This document shows, piece by piece, positions 28,725 through 36,715 of a stretch of 64,000 bases of DNA; positions within the stretch are counted from its first letter, which is position 1; each line of letters opens with the position of its first letter. The DNA lies in the NCBI GenBank assembly GCA_963765575.1, contig CAVXWZ010000004.1, positions 6,477 to 70,476 on the forward strand. The letters run 5' to 3'. The translations under genes were made by a program, and so were the position numbers. Source of the DNA: an uncultured cyanobacterium (lineage in GTDB: Bacteria; Cyanobacteriota; Cyanobacteriia; PCC-6307; Cyanobiaceae). The notes below the pieces were generated by a model, which did no database searches, was not told where the DNA came from, and worked only from the letters and a program-made list of their open reading frames with translations.

Positions 28725-28776
28725 AAATCAGCCAATGAACATCATCGTAAGTACGTTGATATTCATTGGCTGATTT
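28725..28776. terminator. Perfect 15-bp inverted repeat between convergent genes (probable bidirectional terminator)
   Basis: aaatcagccaatgaa (28725-28739) pairs with ttcattggctgattt (28762-28776), with a 22-nt loop. T-rich on both strands, in an AT-rich patch. Confidence 0.45.
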
Positions 28777-28849
28777 TCCTGACTTAATCCCATCCCACTC
28801 CTGTGCTCTTGATCTGAACACGGTCCAGCGGGGTCGAGGGGCGTCTCGT

Positions 28850-29122
28850 TCAACGGCTTAAGCGTCTCAGCAAGGCCAGCAGAACCCAGACCGCCAGCCC
28901 GGCCAGCACAGGACCGATCAGCAGCAGGTCCACCCGGATGTTGGCCGCAGGGGTCAGGGCCTGCACCAGGCCTTCCCAGCAGGCAAAACCAAGCCAGCCG
29001 ATCGAGTTCGCCACCAGTGCACGGCGAATGGGTGGGAGCGCAGCCGCTGCCAGGGCCCATAACCCTGCCACGAAGAAGATCAACAGGGGGCGTCCGATCA
29101 GGGCTGCCAAAGCTGCTGTCAT
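28850..29122 (-). CDS. Small membrane protein, paralogue family copy 1
   Basis: Inner ATG 29122 of track ORF 28850..29209. It shares WEGLVQ.LTP.ANIRVDLLLI.P with ORF 34634..34924. Confidence 0.55.
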   Translation of the reverse strand: MTAALAALIGRPLLIFFVAGLWALAAAALPPIRRALVANSIGWLGFACWEGLVQALTPAANIRVDLLLIGPVLAGLAVWVLLALLRRLSR

Positions 29123-29296
29123 GGCCTGGATCACGGTTGTTGGTGACGTTTGATCCCACTGGCACGACAAGCCCCACCGAGTGGGATTGATCGAAAGCGG
29201 CTCAAACAATCAATGTATCGGATAGGCAGAGCCCTGAATGCCGGCAGAACCTTGGGTTGGCGGTTGTCGATCTCCCTGCTCTCAGTCTCACCGCTG

Positions 29297-29323
29297 CCGG
29301 TTTCACCGCACCGGTTTCACCGA
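29297..29323. repeat. Tandem 13/14-bp repeat ccggtttcaccg(ca/a) x2
   Basis: Read directly; intergenic. Confidence 0.8.
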
Positions 29324-29435
29324 GGAACGCCAGTGTGGGCCATCTGACTGCTGACGGAAGCTTCGCGATGTTAAGAGCGGCAGACAGGCCCTGCTCGGCT
29401 GAATAGTTTGATGGTCATCCACCCCGTCGCGCCAG

Positions 29436-29642
29436 ATGACAGTAGGTGACATTTTCCGCATCATCCTTGCGTTCATCCTGCCTCCTTTGGCAGTTGCCAC
29501 GCAGGTGGGATTCAGCGGTGCCTTCTGGCTTAATCTTCTGCTCTGGCTGTTGAGCTTCGGTGCGTTGGGTCTGCCGTTGATGGGGATCATGTGGCCGGTG
29601 GCGATCATTCACGCCATCTACATCATCATCACCCGCAAATAG
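29436..29642 (+). CDS. Pmp3/YqaE-family small proteolipid
   Basis: IFRIILAFILPPLAVATQVGFSGAFWLNLLLWLL...VAIIHAIYII. Confidence 0.85.
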   Translation: MTVGDIFRIILAFILPPLAVATQVGFSGAFWLNLLLWLLSFGALGLPLMGIMWPVAIIHAIYIIITRK

Positions 29643-29691
29643 TCTTCTGCTCCACCCTCCAGCCGGCGCGTCCAGCATTCCTCCTTTCACC

Positions 29692-29946
29692 ATGACCCAG
29701 ACTCCAGATCAGAATCCCCAGCGCCCTGAGCAGCCGATCATCGTTCAGCAGGGTGGGAATGGCACGGGCATCGCTCTTGTGATTGCCGCTCTGATCCTTG
29801 CCGGTGGCGCCATCTGGGCCGTCAGCATCTGGTCCGACACCCAGCTCAAGATGATCCAGGCTCCCGCTGAAGCCATCAAGAAGGGAGCTGAAACCATCAA
29901 GGAAGGGGTGGAGGGGGCCGCGAAGGCCATCAAACCTGGCTCCTGA
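29692..29946 (+). CDS. Hypothetical small single-TM protein
   Basis: Track ORF. TM segment GIALVIAALILAGGAIWAVSIW followed by a Lys/Ala/Glu-rich tail. Confidence 0.5.
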   Translation: MTQTPDQNPQRPEQPIIVQQGGNGTGIALVIAALILAGGAIWAVSIWSDTQLKMIQAPAEAIKKGAETIKEGVEGAAKAIKPGS

Positions 29947-29967
29947 CAAACACCATCACCACCATCC

Positions 29968-30903
29968 ATGGCACGACCATTGAGGCGATCAGTTCTGCCG
30001 ACGGCCACAGGTCGGTGGCTTTTTCTGATGCTCGGGCTTTCCATCGCCGCCTGTCTTCCCAGTGCTCGCGCAGCCGGGGACATCGCAGCTCCGACAGGCC
30101 CGCTGCTGGCCCAGGCGGCCCCCAGTGCAGCCACCGGACGTCCCTACGACAGCTACATGCGTCTGGGCTACGCCGCCTCCAAGCGTGGTGACCACCTGGC
30201 TGCCGTCACCTATTTCCGGGATGCCCTCTTCTACGTGCCGAGTGATCGGGAGGCCACCATCGCCTACTGGAACGAACGGCGCGCACTTCACGACCAGCAG
30301 GCCCCTGCAGACCGTACTCCGCGCGAGAGTGCCTACGACCGCTTCATGCGCCTCGGCTACGACGAAACCCATTCCCGTGATTACCAGTCAGCACTGATCA
30401 ATTTCCGCCGGGCCCTGGTCGAGCGTCCGGGGGACTATTACGCCAGCCAGGCCGTGCGCAACGTGAAGGCCTACATCGCCGGTGAGAAGGGCCAGTCCCT
30501 TCCCACGATTGAGGCAGCCAACCTGAGCGTGGCATCCGGGCACTACAGCGGCGAATCCTCCTACGATCGTTATATGCGCCTCGGCTACGCTGCCGCCAAG
30601 GAACGCAATTTCACCCAGGCTGCCGATTATTTCCGCAGTGCTCTCTACGAGCGGCCGAATGACCGCATGGCCACGATTGCCTACTGGAACCAGAAGCATG
30701 CGTTGAACAGCAGCTCCACCGGCAGGCCCGCCCGCGTGGACACCGCCACGTACGAGCGGCTCATGCGGCTCGGCTATGACGCCACCCAGCGCCGCCACTT
30801 CAGTCAGGCCCTCGCTCACTTCCAGGCGGCACTGCGCGTGAAGCCCGGCGATCCCTACGCCACCCAGGCCGTGCGCAACGTCAGCAGCTACCTGCAGCGC
30901 TGA
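29968..30903 (+). CDS. Exported (lipobox-bearing) protein with four TPR-like ~60-aa repeats
   Basis: LMLGLSIAAC lipobox. Repeats Y(D/E)R(F/Y/L)MRLGY...F(R/Q).AL...P.D..A..A(V/Y)... Confidence 0.7.
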   Translation: MARPLRRSVLPTATGRWLFLMLGLSIAACLPSARAAGDIAAPTGPLLAQAAPSAATGRPYDSYMRLGYAASKRGDHLAAVTYFRDALFYVPSDREATIAYWNERRALHDQQAPADRTPRESAYDRFMRLGYDETHSRDYQSALINFRRALVERPGDYYASQAVRNVKAYIAGEKGQSLPTIEAANLSVASGHYSGESSYDRYMRLGYAAAKERNFTQAADYFRSALYERPNDRMATIAYWNQKHALNSSSTGRPARVDTATYERLMRLGYDATQRRHFSQALAHFQAALRVKPGDPYATQAVRNVSSYLQR

Positions 30904-30919
30904 CCGGCCCCGCGTGGGA

Positions 30920-31669
30920 TCAGCCGCCGAACACCACAGCCTCCGGCAGTTCGTAGCGCTCGTTGCCCACCCGGACGGTGTACAGGTCCCCCTCCTTGCT
31001 GGCGGAGAAGGAACCGCTGCCATCGGCCTCGCTGGTGTCGGCGCCGATGGCCCGGCCCATGCGGAAGTACAACGCCCGCTTGCCCCCATCAGCCCGCGTC
31101 AGCACGACGGTGGCGTACCCGCCACCGGCCCGTGCCACCCCGAACGGGCAATTTCCCAACGGCTGCCCTGGAGCGCTGGCACAGGAGATGGACCCGCTGG
31201 CATCGAAATCACCCTGCCCGGCACGCAGGGCGGAATCGTCGCTTCCCTTCTCCACAGCCCCATGGGGAGCCACGGCGGGCTGCAGCAGTTCGGCGGCCAC
31301 GAATCCCCGGGGCCCGCCGCCCAGGGGTTGCACATCGCACCAGGTGCGGCCTTCCGCCAGGCGGCAGCCGAGGTTGTCGAGCACCTTCCCGGCGCTGAAG
31401 GTGGTCAGCACAGAGGAGGACACCGACGCTGTCTCGCGCAGGTTCACGCCATCGCTGCGCACGGTCCAGTTGCGAGGCCCCCCCTCCTCCGGGCTCGCCG
31501 CAGGTTTGGATGCAGAGCCTTCGGGGAGTTCCCGGGATGGCTCCGCTGGTTCTGCAGACGGCTCCTGCGCCGTATCCGTCCGACCGCAGGCAACCACCGT
31601 CAGTGCGAGGCCGAGGACAAGCCCTGTTGCGGCCGCACGGAGTTGGATCGGGGCTGTGGGAATCGGCAT
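30920..31669 (-). CDS. SH3b-like, four-Cys lipoprotein, copy A
   Basis: Inner ATG 31669 of track ORF 30920..32239. MPIPTAPIQLRAAATGLVLGLALTVVAC lipobox, NWTVRSDGVNLRE...LDNLGCRLAEGRTWCDVQPLGGGPRGFVAAELL, ISCASAPGQPLGNCPF, and it ends ERYELPEAVVFGG. Confidence 0.7.
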   Translation of the reverse strand: MPIPTAPIQLRAAATGLVLGLALTVVACGRTDTAQEPSAEPAEPSRELPEGSASKPAASPEEGGPRNWTVRSDGVNLRETASVSSSVLTTFSAGKVLDNLGCRLAEGRTWCDVQPLGGGPRGFVAAELLQPAVAPHGAVEKGSDDSALRAGQGDFDASGSISCASAPGQPLGNCPFGVARAGGGYATVVLTRADGGKRALYFRMGRAIGADTSEADGSGSFSASKEGDLYTVRVGNERYELPEAVVFGG

Positions 31670-31817
31670 GGTGCGCAGCTGGCTGTCCTCACCGTGGCAA
31701 TGAAGCACCATCTCGGTGCTCCCGCCAGAACTCGCGCAATCAGGAGCATTCGGCACTGCTCGCCAAGGCCACGCTCGGCCATAGGGTGGTGGCGATTTGT
31801 CAGTGTGATTCCACGGA

Positions 31818-32465
31818 ATGCTGCGTCGGATCCTGCGGGAACTGGCGGAGTCCGCTCCGCTCGCATGGCTGGTCGGAGCCGGGATTGGAGCCGCCATGGT
31901 CAGCCTGATGAGCGGCACTCTGGGAGAGAGCAGCAACGAGAGTCTGGAGGCTCTGGTCCTGGGATCCCTGCAGGTGGTCACACCAGTGGGGGTGAGCCTG
32001 ATCTGGATCTGCCGCTGCGCACCGCTGCGTCTGGCGGCGGCCGTGCGAAGCCGGCGGCGTGGGGCTCCCCAGAACGTCATGACATCCCGGCGGTGGCATG
32101 GGGTCGAGTTGGAGATTGCGGCCGCTGCCTGCAGCGGGATGCTGCTGGCGCCCTGGTTTGAGCTCGGGGTCCTGCTTGGCGGCATGCTCACCACCCCGCG
32201 GGCAGGCTTCGGTCTGGCCAGTGAGCTGCAGGAACTCATCCGCCTGATGACGGCCTCGGACCTTCTTCAGTGCGTCCTTCGGGCTGGGATGTTCACCGCT
32301 GCAGCACAGGGCGTCTGCCTCCGCAAGGCTGCACAGTTCAGGGACACCGACGACGCGCTGGCTCGGCTGCTGGCGGATGCCATCCCGCAGTGCCTCCTGG
32401 TGGTGATGGCACTGGAGGTGATCTGGCTGACCCTGCTGGTTCCTCTGCACGGCACCTACGCATGA
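31818..32465 (+). CDS. Divergent MlaE-like membrane protein (tentative)
   Basis: Track ORF with several TM segments. Weak MlaE-like layout (C-terminal ...AGMFTAAAQGVCLRKAAQ...LLVVMALEVIWLTLL). Its stop overlaps the MlaD-like start (ATGA). Confidence 0.45.
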   Translation: MLRRILRELAESAPLAWLVGAGIGAAMVSLMSGTLGESSNESLEALVLGSLQVVTPVGVSLIWICRCAPLRLAAAVRSRRRGAPQNVMTSRRWHGVELEIAAAACSGMLLAPWFELGVLLGGMLTTPRAGFGLASELQELIRLMTASDLLQCVLRAGMFTAAAQGVCLRKAAQFRDTDDALARLLADAIPQCLLVVMALEVIWLTLLVPLHGTYA

Positions 32466-33361
32466 CCTTCGGCGACAACGAGGGCCCGTTCTCCGAGCGC
32501 AGCGGCCTGCCGCCGCAGGTCACTCGCCTCGGATGGCTGTTCCTGGCTGGATCCCTGATCCTGAGCGGCTTGGTCGCCGGCAGCCTGGTCCAGGAGCGGG
32601 TGCGCTGGCGAAACAGCTCCGTGGTGGTGTTCCGAACCGGAAATGCCACGGGCATCTGGCCGGGGGTGAATGTGACCCTCTCCGGCTACCGCATCGGCAA
32701 GGTGGAAACGGTGGCCCTGGCCAGCGATGGGCAAGTGGACGTGACGCTGAGGATCGCCTCCCGTTATCGCCGTCTCGTCGGCCCGCAAAGCAGCGCCACG
32801 GCCATCCAGGAAGGGTTGATCGGCGATACCGTGATCGCCCTCAGCCCTGACATCACACCAGCTGGAACGGGGTTGCCGCCGCCTGAGCTGTCCGTGAGCT
32901 TTGAGCCGTCCAGCACTCCGGCTGAACTGCTGAACGACCTTGCGGAAACTCGCCTGCAGCTTGATCGCACCCTGCAGGCGGTCGCTGCGGTGGTGGAGAA
33001 GGACCTCCCATCGGTCGCAGGTCAGGTTGATGGCACGCTCCAGGACGTGCGTCGACTGGCTGGCACCCTGGAGCAGGAGTCGGGCTCGACTGCCGAAGCG
33101 ACCCGGAACACCCTCAGGCTCTACCAGCAGACCGGCAAGGAGGTGGGGACAGCCTCTGCCGAGGCCACCGAGGTGATGAAAAGCACCACGCCAGTGCTGG
33201 TGGAAACCCTGCAGCAGATTCGTGCCGCTTCCGCCACCACCAATCGACTGCTCAAGGCTCTGGCGGGCACCCTCCTGCTTGAGGTGCCCGAGCAGGAGCA
33301 GGAACAGGAGTCGAGCTCCCCCGAGCAAGACAACGCAGATGCGCAGGAACCCAGCCCGTAA
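32462..33361 (+). CDS. MlaD/MCE-domain protein
   Basis: Inner ATG of track ORF 32270..33361. N-terminal TM, then MCE-like VVVFRTGNATGIWPGVNVTLSGYRIGKVETVALASDGQVDVTLRI...EGLIGDTVIALSP. Helical, acidic C-terminus. Confidence 0.75.
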   Translation: MTFGDNEGPFSERSGLPPQVTRLGWLFLAGSLILSGLVAGSLVQERVRWRNSSVVVFRTGNATGIWPGVNVTLSGYRIGKVETVALASDGQVDVTLRIASRYRRLVGPQSSATAIQEGLIGDTVIALSPDITPAGTGLPPPELSVSFEPSSTPAELLNDLAETRLQLDRTLQAVAAVVEKDLPSVAGQVDGTLQDVRRLAGTLEQESGSTAEATRNTLRLYQQTGKEVGTASAEATEVMKSTTPVLVETLQQIRAASATTNRLLKALAGTLLLEVPEQEQEQESSSPEQDNADAQEPSP

Positions 33362-33383
33362 CAGGAAAGGCTGGCGTGCAGGA

Positions 33384-33754
33384 TCACACCACTGCGGCCT
33401 GCTGCCGCCTCAGCTCCTCCAGCACCTCGGTGCCATGGCCACTGGCGCGCACCGCCACCCAGCGGGCCCGCACCACCCCTTCGGGGTCGATCAGGAACGT
33501 ATGGCGCTGGGAGAAGGGGGGGATCCAGGAGCCGTAGCGCTGGCTCACCTGGCCGCCCGGGTCACTGAGCAACGGGAACGCCAGGCCTTCTTCGCTGCAG
33601 AAGGACGCGTGCGATTCGGCGTCGTCGGCGCTGACGCCAACCACCTCGGCACCGGCCTGGTGGAACCCATCCAGAACCCTCTAGAACCCACGGGCTTCCA
33701 GGGTGCAGCCGCCTGTGAAATCACGGGGATAGAAATAGAGCGCCACCCAGCGCC
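33384..33754 (-). pseudogene. Peroxiredoxin (BCP/PrxQ-type) remnant: 5'-truncated and carrying an in-frame TAG
   Basis: Minus-strand reading WRWVALYFYPRDFTGGCTLEARGF*RVLDGFHQAGAEVVGVSADD..., with TAG at 33681-33683. It is highly similar to the intact copy at 36716..37318. Confidence 0.8.
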
Positions 33755-33864
33755 ACTACTTCAGTCAGGCCCTCGGGCACTTCCAGGCCGCACTGCGCGT
33801 GAAGCCCGGCGACCCCTACGCCACCCAGGCCGTGCGCAACGTCAGCACTTATCTGCAGCGCTGA
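33742..33864 (+). pseudogene. Orphan duplicate of the last 123 nt of the TPR-like gene (compare 30781-30903)
   Basis: Hand alignment gives 114/123 identical bases, including the stop codon. It is fused to the peroxiredoxin remnant at a shared gccaMccagcgcc motif. Confidence 0.8.
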
Positions 33865-34044
33865 TTCGAACGATTGCCTCCCTTCATCAACCAATCAGGG
33901 TTTGCGGCTTCAGGCCAGGGAGAGCCAGTTTCTGTTCCGCCACAGAGCGGGATCGACGAAGTATGCTCTGCCTCTTACGCTAAACAATGTAATGATTCTC
34001 TGTTCGTGAGCCCCCATGGCGGGTTCATCGTTCTTCACTTCTCC

Positions 34045-34587
34045 ATGCGAACAATCCTTGGCCTTGGCCTGGCTTCCACCGTTGCACTCACCCTTGGATC
34101 CCTCTCTGTCAGATCCGCAGAGGTATCCAGTGCAGCCACATCAGCATGCACCTCTGCTGTGAACAGTCAGTACGGTGGTAATGTGCGCGATCTCAAGATC
34201 ATCAGTAGTCAGTTTTCTCAGGCGAATTCGGAGGTCATGATTCGGGCCATTGGGGTGCGTGGTGGCAACACCAATGAGAAGTGGCGTTGCCTGGTGTCCA
34301 ACACGGGTGACGTTCAGGATCTCTCGGTGGTCAATTCCGCAGCCGAGAAGGATGCTGGTGGCGGCTCCGTCAGCGAAGCAGCAAAATCCGCCTGCATGTC
34401 AGCGGTTAACAGCCAATATGGAGGAAATGTCCGCAATCTAAAAGTTCGTCGCAGCGAGTTTTCTGAGGCCAACTCTGTGGTGATCATCCGGGCCATCGGT
34501 GTGCGCGGTGGTGACACGAATGAGAAATGGCGCTGCCTGGTGTCGAACAGCGGTGAGGTCCAGGAAGTACGCGTGATGGGCAACTGA
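34045..34587 (+). CDS. Secreted protein made of two ~70-aa tandem domains (AT-richer gene)
   Basis: Inner ATG of track ORF 33874..34587 with a signal peptide MRTILGLGLASTVALTLGSLSVRSA. Repeats AC.SAVNSQYGGNVR.LK...S.FS.ANS.V.IRAIGVRGG.TNEKWRCLVSN.G.VQ. Confidence 0.6.
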   Translation: MRTILGLGLASTVALTLGSLSVRSAEVSSAATSACTSAVNSQYGGNVRDLKIISSQFSQANSEVMIRAIGVRGGNTNEKWRCLVSNTGDVQDLSVVNSAAEKDAGGGSVSEAAKSACMSAVNSQYGGNVRNLKVRRSEFSEANSVVIIRAIGVRGGDTNEKWRCLVSNSGEVQEVRVMGN

Positions 34588-34633
34588 AAGCAACGGGCGC
34601 AGGGATAAGCGAAGCCTTGACTTTGGCAGCCCG

Positions 34634-34924
34634 ATGAATCTGCTTATTTCCCTCCTGGTGGGCAAGCCACTGGCCATCCTGCTGGTGGCTGCTTGCTTTC
34701 TCTCGGCTTACCTGGCGCTGCGGTTCAGATGGCCTGGGCTGGCCCATCAGCCCCGCGCTCTGCTGGGTGGGGCGATCGCCTGGGGGATCTATGCCATCTG
34801 GGAGGGGTTGGTGCAGCTCCTCACGCCGGAGGCGAACATCCGGGTCGACCTCCTGCTGATCTGGCCCCTGCTGGGACTTCTGTCGCTCTGGTCGCTGCTG
34901 CGCACCTTCCGATCGGCACGGTGA
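34634..34924 (+). CDS. Small membrane protein, paralogue family copy 2
   Basis: Track ORF. IWEGLVQLLTPEANIRVDLLLIWPLLGLLSLW matches copy 1. Confidence 0.6.
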   Translation: MNLLISLLVGKPLAILLVAACFLSAYLALRFRWPGLAHQPRALLGGAIAWGIYAIWEGLVQLLTPEANIRVDLLLIWPLLGLLSLWSLLRTFRSAR

Positions 34925-35346
34925 TTGTGGTCGCGATTGCGAGCTGGACGCAGTGCTTGTGCTTCCTTGCCGCACTCATCTGCATCATCCTGGCCATCAC
35001 CAGCGCATCAGGGCTGCGCGCCGATGACATGCCCTTTCTGGGCTTTCTGGTGTTCCCCTATCTGCTGATGGGCATGCTGTCCTGGTGGCAGCGGAGCCGG
35101 CGTCGGCGCTCGGCAGTGGTGTTCATTGCCGCCCTGCTTCTTTCCCTTGCTGGGATCTCGCTGCTCGGATTCGACAGCATCCACTTCCACACCGTGCCTG
35201 AACACCGCCTGGTGCAGCGGCTCACCGTGATTGTCGTTCCGCTGCTGCAAACGGCTGCCGCACTGGCGCTCGCCGTTGTGCTGCTGCTGTCGTCACTGGT
35301 GAGACGACTGGCCGCTGCCTTGATCGCCGCTCGGGGCCGCCGCTGA
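34921..35346 (+). CDS. Hypothetical four-TM membrane protein
   Basis: GTG 34921 overlaps the previous stop (GTGA), within track ORF 34693..35346. Confidence 0.5.
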   Translation: MIVVAIASWTQCLCFLAALICIILAITSASGLRADDMPFLGFLVFPYLLMGMLSWWQRSRRRRSAVVFIAALLLSLAGISLLGFDSIHFHTVPEHRLVQRLTVIVVPLLQTAAALALAVVLLLSSLVRRLAAALIAARGRR

Positions 35347-35383
35347 CACCCAAGTGGGTCCGGCTCCGCTTCGCCGAGCGGGA

Positions 35384-35779
35384 TCAGCTGCCGAACACCA
35401 CAGCTTCCGGCAACCGATAGCTCTCAGCGCTCCCGGTTGTCTCGGCGCCAATGGCCTTGCCCTTGTGGAAGTAGAGCGTCCGTGTGCTGCCATCGGGGCG
35501 TGTCGCCACCACCCTGGCCGTGCCTCCCTCGGCGCGGCCCACCACATAGGGACAGTCCACCATCGGCTGACCCTGGGCCATGGCGCAGGAGAGATTGCCG
35601 CTGGCATCGCCGTCCACCTGGGCATCCCTGGCCGCCATCAGCAGTTCAGCGGCCACAAATCCCCGGGGGCCGCCGCCGAGGGGCCGCACAGCACACCAGT
35701 TGCGGCCTTCCACCTCGCTGCAGCCAAGGTTGTCCAGAAGCGCACCGATCGAGAGCGATCGCCCGAGGACCTGCGCTCT
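35384..35779 (-). pseudogene. SH3b-like lipoprotein copy B: lacks signal/lipobox and most of the SH3 part, with an internal C-terminal deletion
   Basis: Track ORF 35384..35713 plus upstream in-frame homology (..LLDNLGCSEVEGRNWCAVRPLGGGPRGFVAAELL...SCAMAQGQPMVDCPY...YRLPEAVVFGS). About 20 aa are missing relative to copies A and C. Confidence 0.7.
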
Positions 35780-35880
35780 GGCAAGGGTTGGTGCATCGGT
35801 TCAAGCCGGAGGCCGACAGCCGCGTAGATCTGCTGCTTCCCTGCCTGGCGCTGGGGCTGTTGTCCTGGCGCCAGCGCAGG
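35776..35880 (+). pseudogene. Fragment of the small-membrane-protein family (copy 3, 5'-truncated)
   Basis: Reads ..WQGLVHRFKPEADSRVDLLLPCLALGLLSW, compared with ..WEGLVQLLTPEANIRVDLLLIWPLLGLLSLW in copy 2. No start codon. Confidence 0.55.
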
Positions 35881-35908
35881 GGCCAGGGGGGTCTGGGTTT
35901 GACGGCCA

Positions 35909-36703
35909 TCAGCTGCCGAATACCACCGCTTCCTCCACTTGGTAGCGCTCATCGCCCACCTGGATGGTGTAGAGCTGCTGCACCTTCCTGGCCGAGAAGG
36001 GCCCTCCACCCCCGGCCTCGCTGCTGTCAGCGGCGATCGCCTTGCCCATGTGGAAGTAGAGCGTCAGCTTGCTGCCATCCGGTCTGGTGACCACCACCTT
36101 GGCCGTACCACCCTCGGCGCGCTCCACACTGAACGGGCAGTTTCCCAGCGGCCGGCCCGGCGCCATCGCGCAGGAGATGGTGCCTGTGGCATTGAAATCC
36201 CCCTCGGCCGCCTTCGCCGGCTGCAGCAGTTCGGCGGCCACAAATCCCCGGGGGCCGCCGCCCAACGGCTGCACATCGCACCAGTCACGGCCTTCCGCTG
36301 TGCTGCAGCCGAGGTTGTCGAGCACTGTTCCCACCATGAAGGTGGTGAGCACAGGGGCTGATAGGGATGGTTGCCCGCGCAGGTTCACCCCATCACTGCG
36401 CACCACCCAGTTGCGCGGTCCGCCCTCCTGCGCCGATCGGGGCGATCCGGATTCAGAGGCGGCGGCCTCCACCTCGGTGCTGCTCGCCTGCTCTGCCGCA
36501 GGCACTTGAGGCTCTTCAGCCTTCTGGCCGCAGGCCACCATGGCCAGGCCAAGGCAGAGGGCCAGGGCTGTGGTCGCGGCGCGGAGCTGGAACGGCAGCA
36601 GGTGATGGGAGATGGCGTGCGGGGGCGCTGGTGGTGACAGGTCAGCTTGGCAAGGAAGCACCCTCGCGGCCTCCTGGCCAGGAGCCGGCAAAATTGACGT
36701 CAA
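35909..36703 (-). CDS. SH3b-like, four-Cys lipoprotein, copy C
   Basis: LALCLGLAMVAC lipobox; NWVVRSDGVNLRG...LDNLGCSTAEGRDWCDVQPLGGGPRGFVAAELL; ISCAMAPGRPLGNCPF; ends ERYQVEEAVVFGS. The start is uncertain (ATG 36703 gives a long leader). Confidence 0.7.
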   Translation of the reverse strand: MTSILPAPGQEAARVLPCQADLSPPAPPHAISHHLLPFQLRAATTALALCLGLAMVACGQKAEEPQVPAAEQASSTEVEAAASESGSPRSAQEGGPRNWVVRSDGVNLRGQPSLSAPVLTTFMVGTVLDNLGCSTAEGRDWCDVQPLGGGPRGFVAAELLQPAKAAEGDFNATGTISCAMAPGRPLGNCPFSVERAEGGTAKVVVTRPDGSKLTLYFHMGKAIAADSSEAGGGGPFSARKVQQLYTIQVGDERYQVEEAVVFGS

Positions 36704-36715
36704 CTGGGCTGCTTC

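Noticed and set aside
31670-32239. N-terminal extension of lipoprotein A to 439 aa
   Set aside because: The extension is Arg/Ser/Pro-rich and overlaps the plus-strand MlaE-like gene. A proper signal peptide plus lipobox starts at 31669.
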